64,000 bases of DNA from Fistulifera solaris (lineage: Eukaryota), in the NCBI GenBank assembly GCA_030295235.1, contig AP026131.1, positions 1,302,001 to 1,366,000 on the forward strand. The letters are read 5' to 3'. The notes beneath the pieces are model-generated. The model did not search any database. It was not told the DNA's origin and saw nothing but the letters and a program-made list of their open reading frames with translations. The position numbers and the translations under genes are program-made. Of this stretch, positions 63,373-64,000 are shown piece by piece; the stretch's first letter is position 1; every line of letters starts with the position of its first letter.

Positions 63373-64000
63373 ATGACAGAAGCTTTCGTCGGTCGCCCCG
63401 TTGCTGTCAATGCACAGCAGCCCCATCAGTCATCCTCGACCAAGAAGAAACAGTTTCGAGGAGAAAAACAGACAAAGAGTGCACAGCCAAAGAAAACGCC
63501 CCCAGAATCATCGAACGACCCGAACACTCCTCACATTTCCGATCCTCGCAATAAAGACACGACAAACGATCAACGTTTGACGACGAAAGCGACGAAACGA
63601 GGGAATGGTCGCAATACCGAATCGTTTGATCCTTCCAGTACGCTAGTACGTCCGGCCTTGCGGATTATGGTCGGATCTTCCGCGTTGAAACAATTCATAC
63701 AGCCGTTGCGTCATGACGATGTCGTCATTGTACCGGAACTCTTTGGACCCGAAGAGAATTGGGATCTGTATCATCAACTCTTGAAGGAAATGAAAGATCG
63801 CCAGGATTGGACGTCGTGGCACGAAGGAGCGCATCTCATTGTGAAACATCCCGATCCATCTCCGACCTTTCAAAAGGTCGTACAGACCTTGTGTGAGTAC
63901 TTTCAGATTCAACCGGCCGGAGTCCGGTTCAACTGGCACAAGGATAGTTCCGACTGGAAACCCTTTCATCACGATTCGGCGGCCTTTAACCCGCAACGCG
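63373..64000 (+). CDS. Second copy of the AlkB-like oxygenase; runs off the window end
   Basis: MTEAFVGR start; aligns to 50693-51320 with a diverged N-terminus; open to the end of the window. Confidence 0.85.
   Translation, partial: MTEAFVGRPVAVNAQQPHQSSSTKKKQFRGEKQTKSAQPKKTPPESSNDPNTPHISDPRNKDTTNDQRLTTKATKRGNGRNTESFDPSSTLVRPALRIMVGSSALKQFIQPLRHDDVVIVPELFGPEENWDLYHQLLKEMKDRQDWTSWHEGAHLIVKHPDPSPTFQKVVQTLCEYFQIQPAGVRFNWHKDSSDWKPFHHDSAAFNPQR

Larger units (their letters stand above)
55111..64000 (+). repeat. Diverged segmental duplicate of about 46922-51320, with an internal deletion and a Copia insertion
   Basis: 55111-55270 matches 46922-47140; 55384-56330 matches 49496-50490; 63151-64000 matches about 50483-51320. 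Confidence 0.92.

Noticed and set aside
1..64000. tRNA, rRNA or snRNA genes
   Set aside because: None recognised by eye; a covariance-model search would be needed to exclude them.

Overview
Eukaryotic, gene-dense nuclear DNA with short (about 60-90 nt) GT-AG introns. It is most likely from a pennate diatom; this is inferred from a DUF6824-type protein, a Copia element of the diatom CoDi type and bipartite-looking targeting peptides. Core genes: SAICAR synthetase, LarE-like sulfur transferase, CHD-type remodeller, NBAS/Sec39-like tether, nucleotide-sugar transporter, DusA, aquaporin, alpha-CA-like protein, SEN34-like endonuclease, KRE6-like GH16, an SDR and an AlkB-like oxygenase. Accessory or secreted genes: a double CE4 deacetylase, a vWA-HYR protein, an ExeM/NucH nuclease and a YfaP-like protein. 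Mobile DNA: a hAT-like transposase gene, a 2.2-kb non-autonomous Helitron with exact termini (33084-35284) and a full-length Copia LTR element (56339-63150). Many genes carry single-base frameshifts, often at homopolymers, which most likely reflect consensus errors. Highlights: (1) the Helitron and its nested palindromic foldback unit; (2) two accessory genes each lying between diverged direct duplicates of neighbouring gene ends; (3) more than 20 tandem duplications with a 7-bp unit in non-coding DNA; (4) a 9-nt microexon that supplies the Walker A Thr of the CHD ATPase; (5) a chromodomain-like segment in a Copia pol. All protein identities come from motif recognition by eye, not from database searches.
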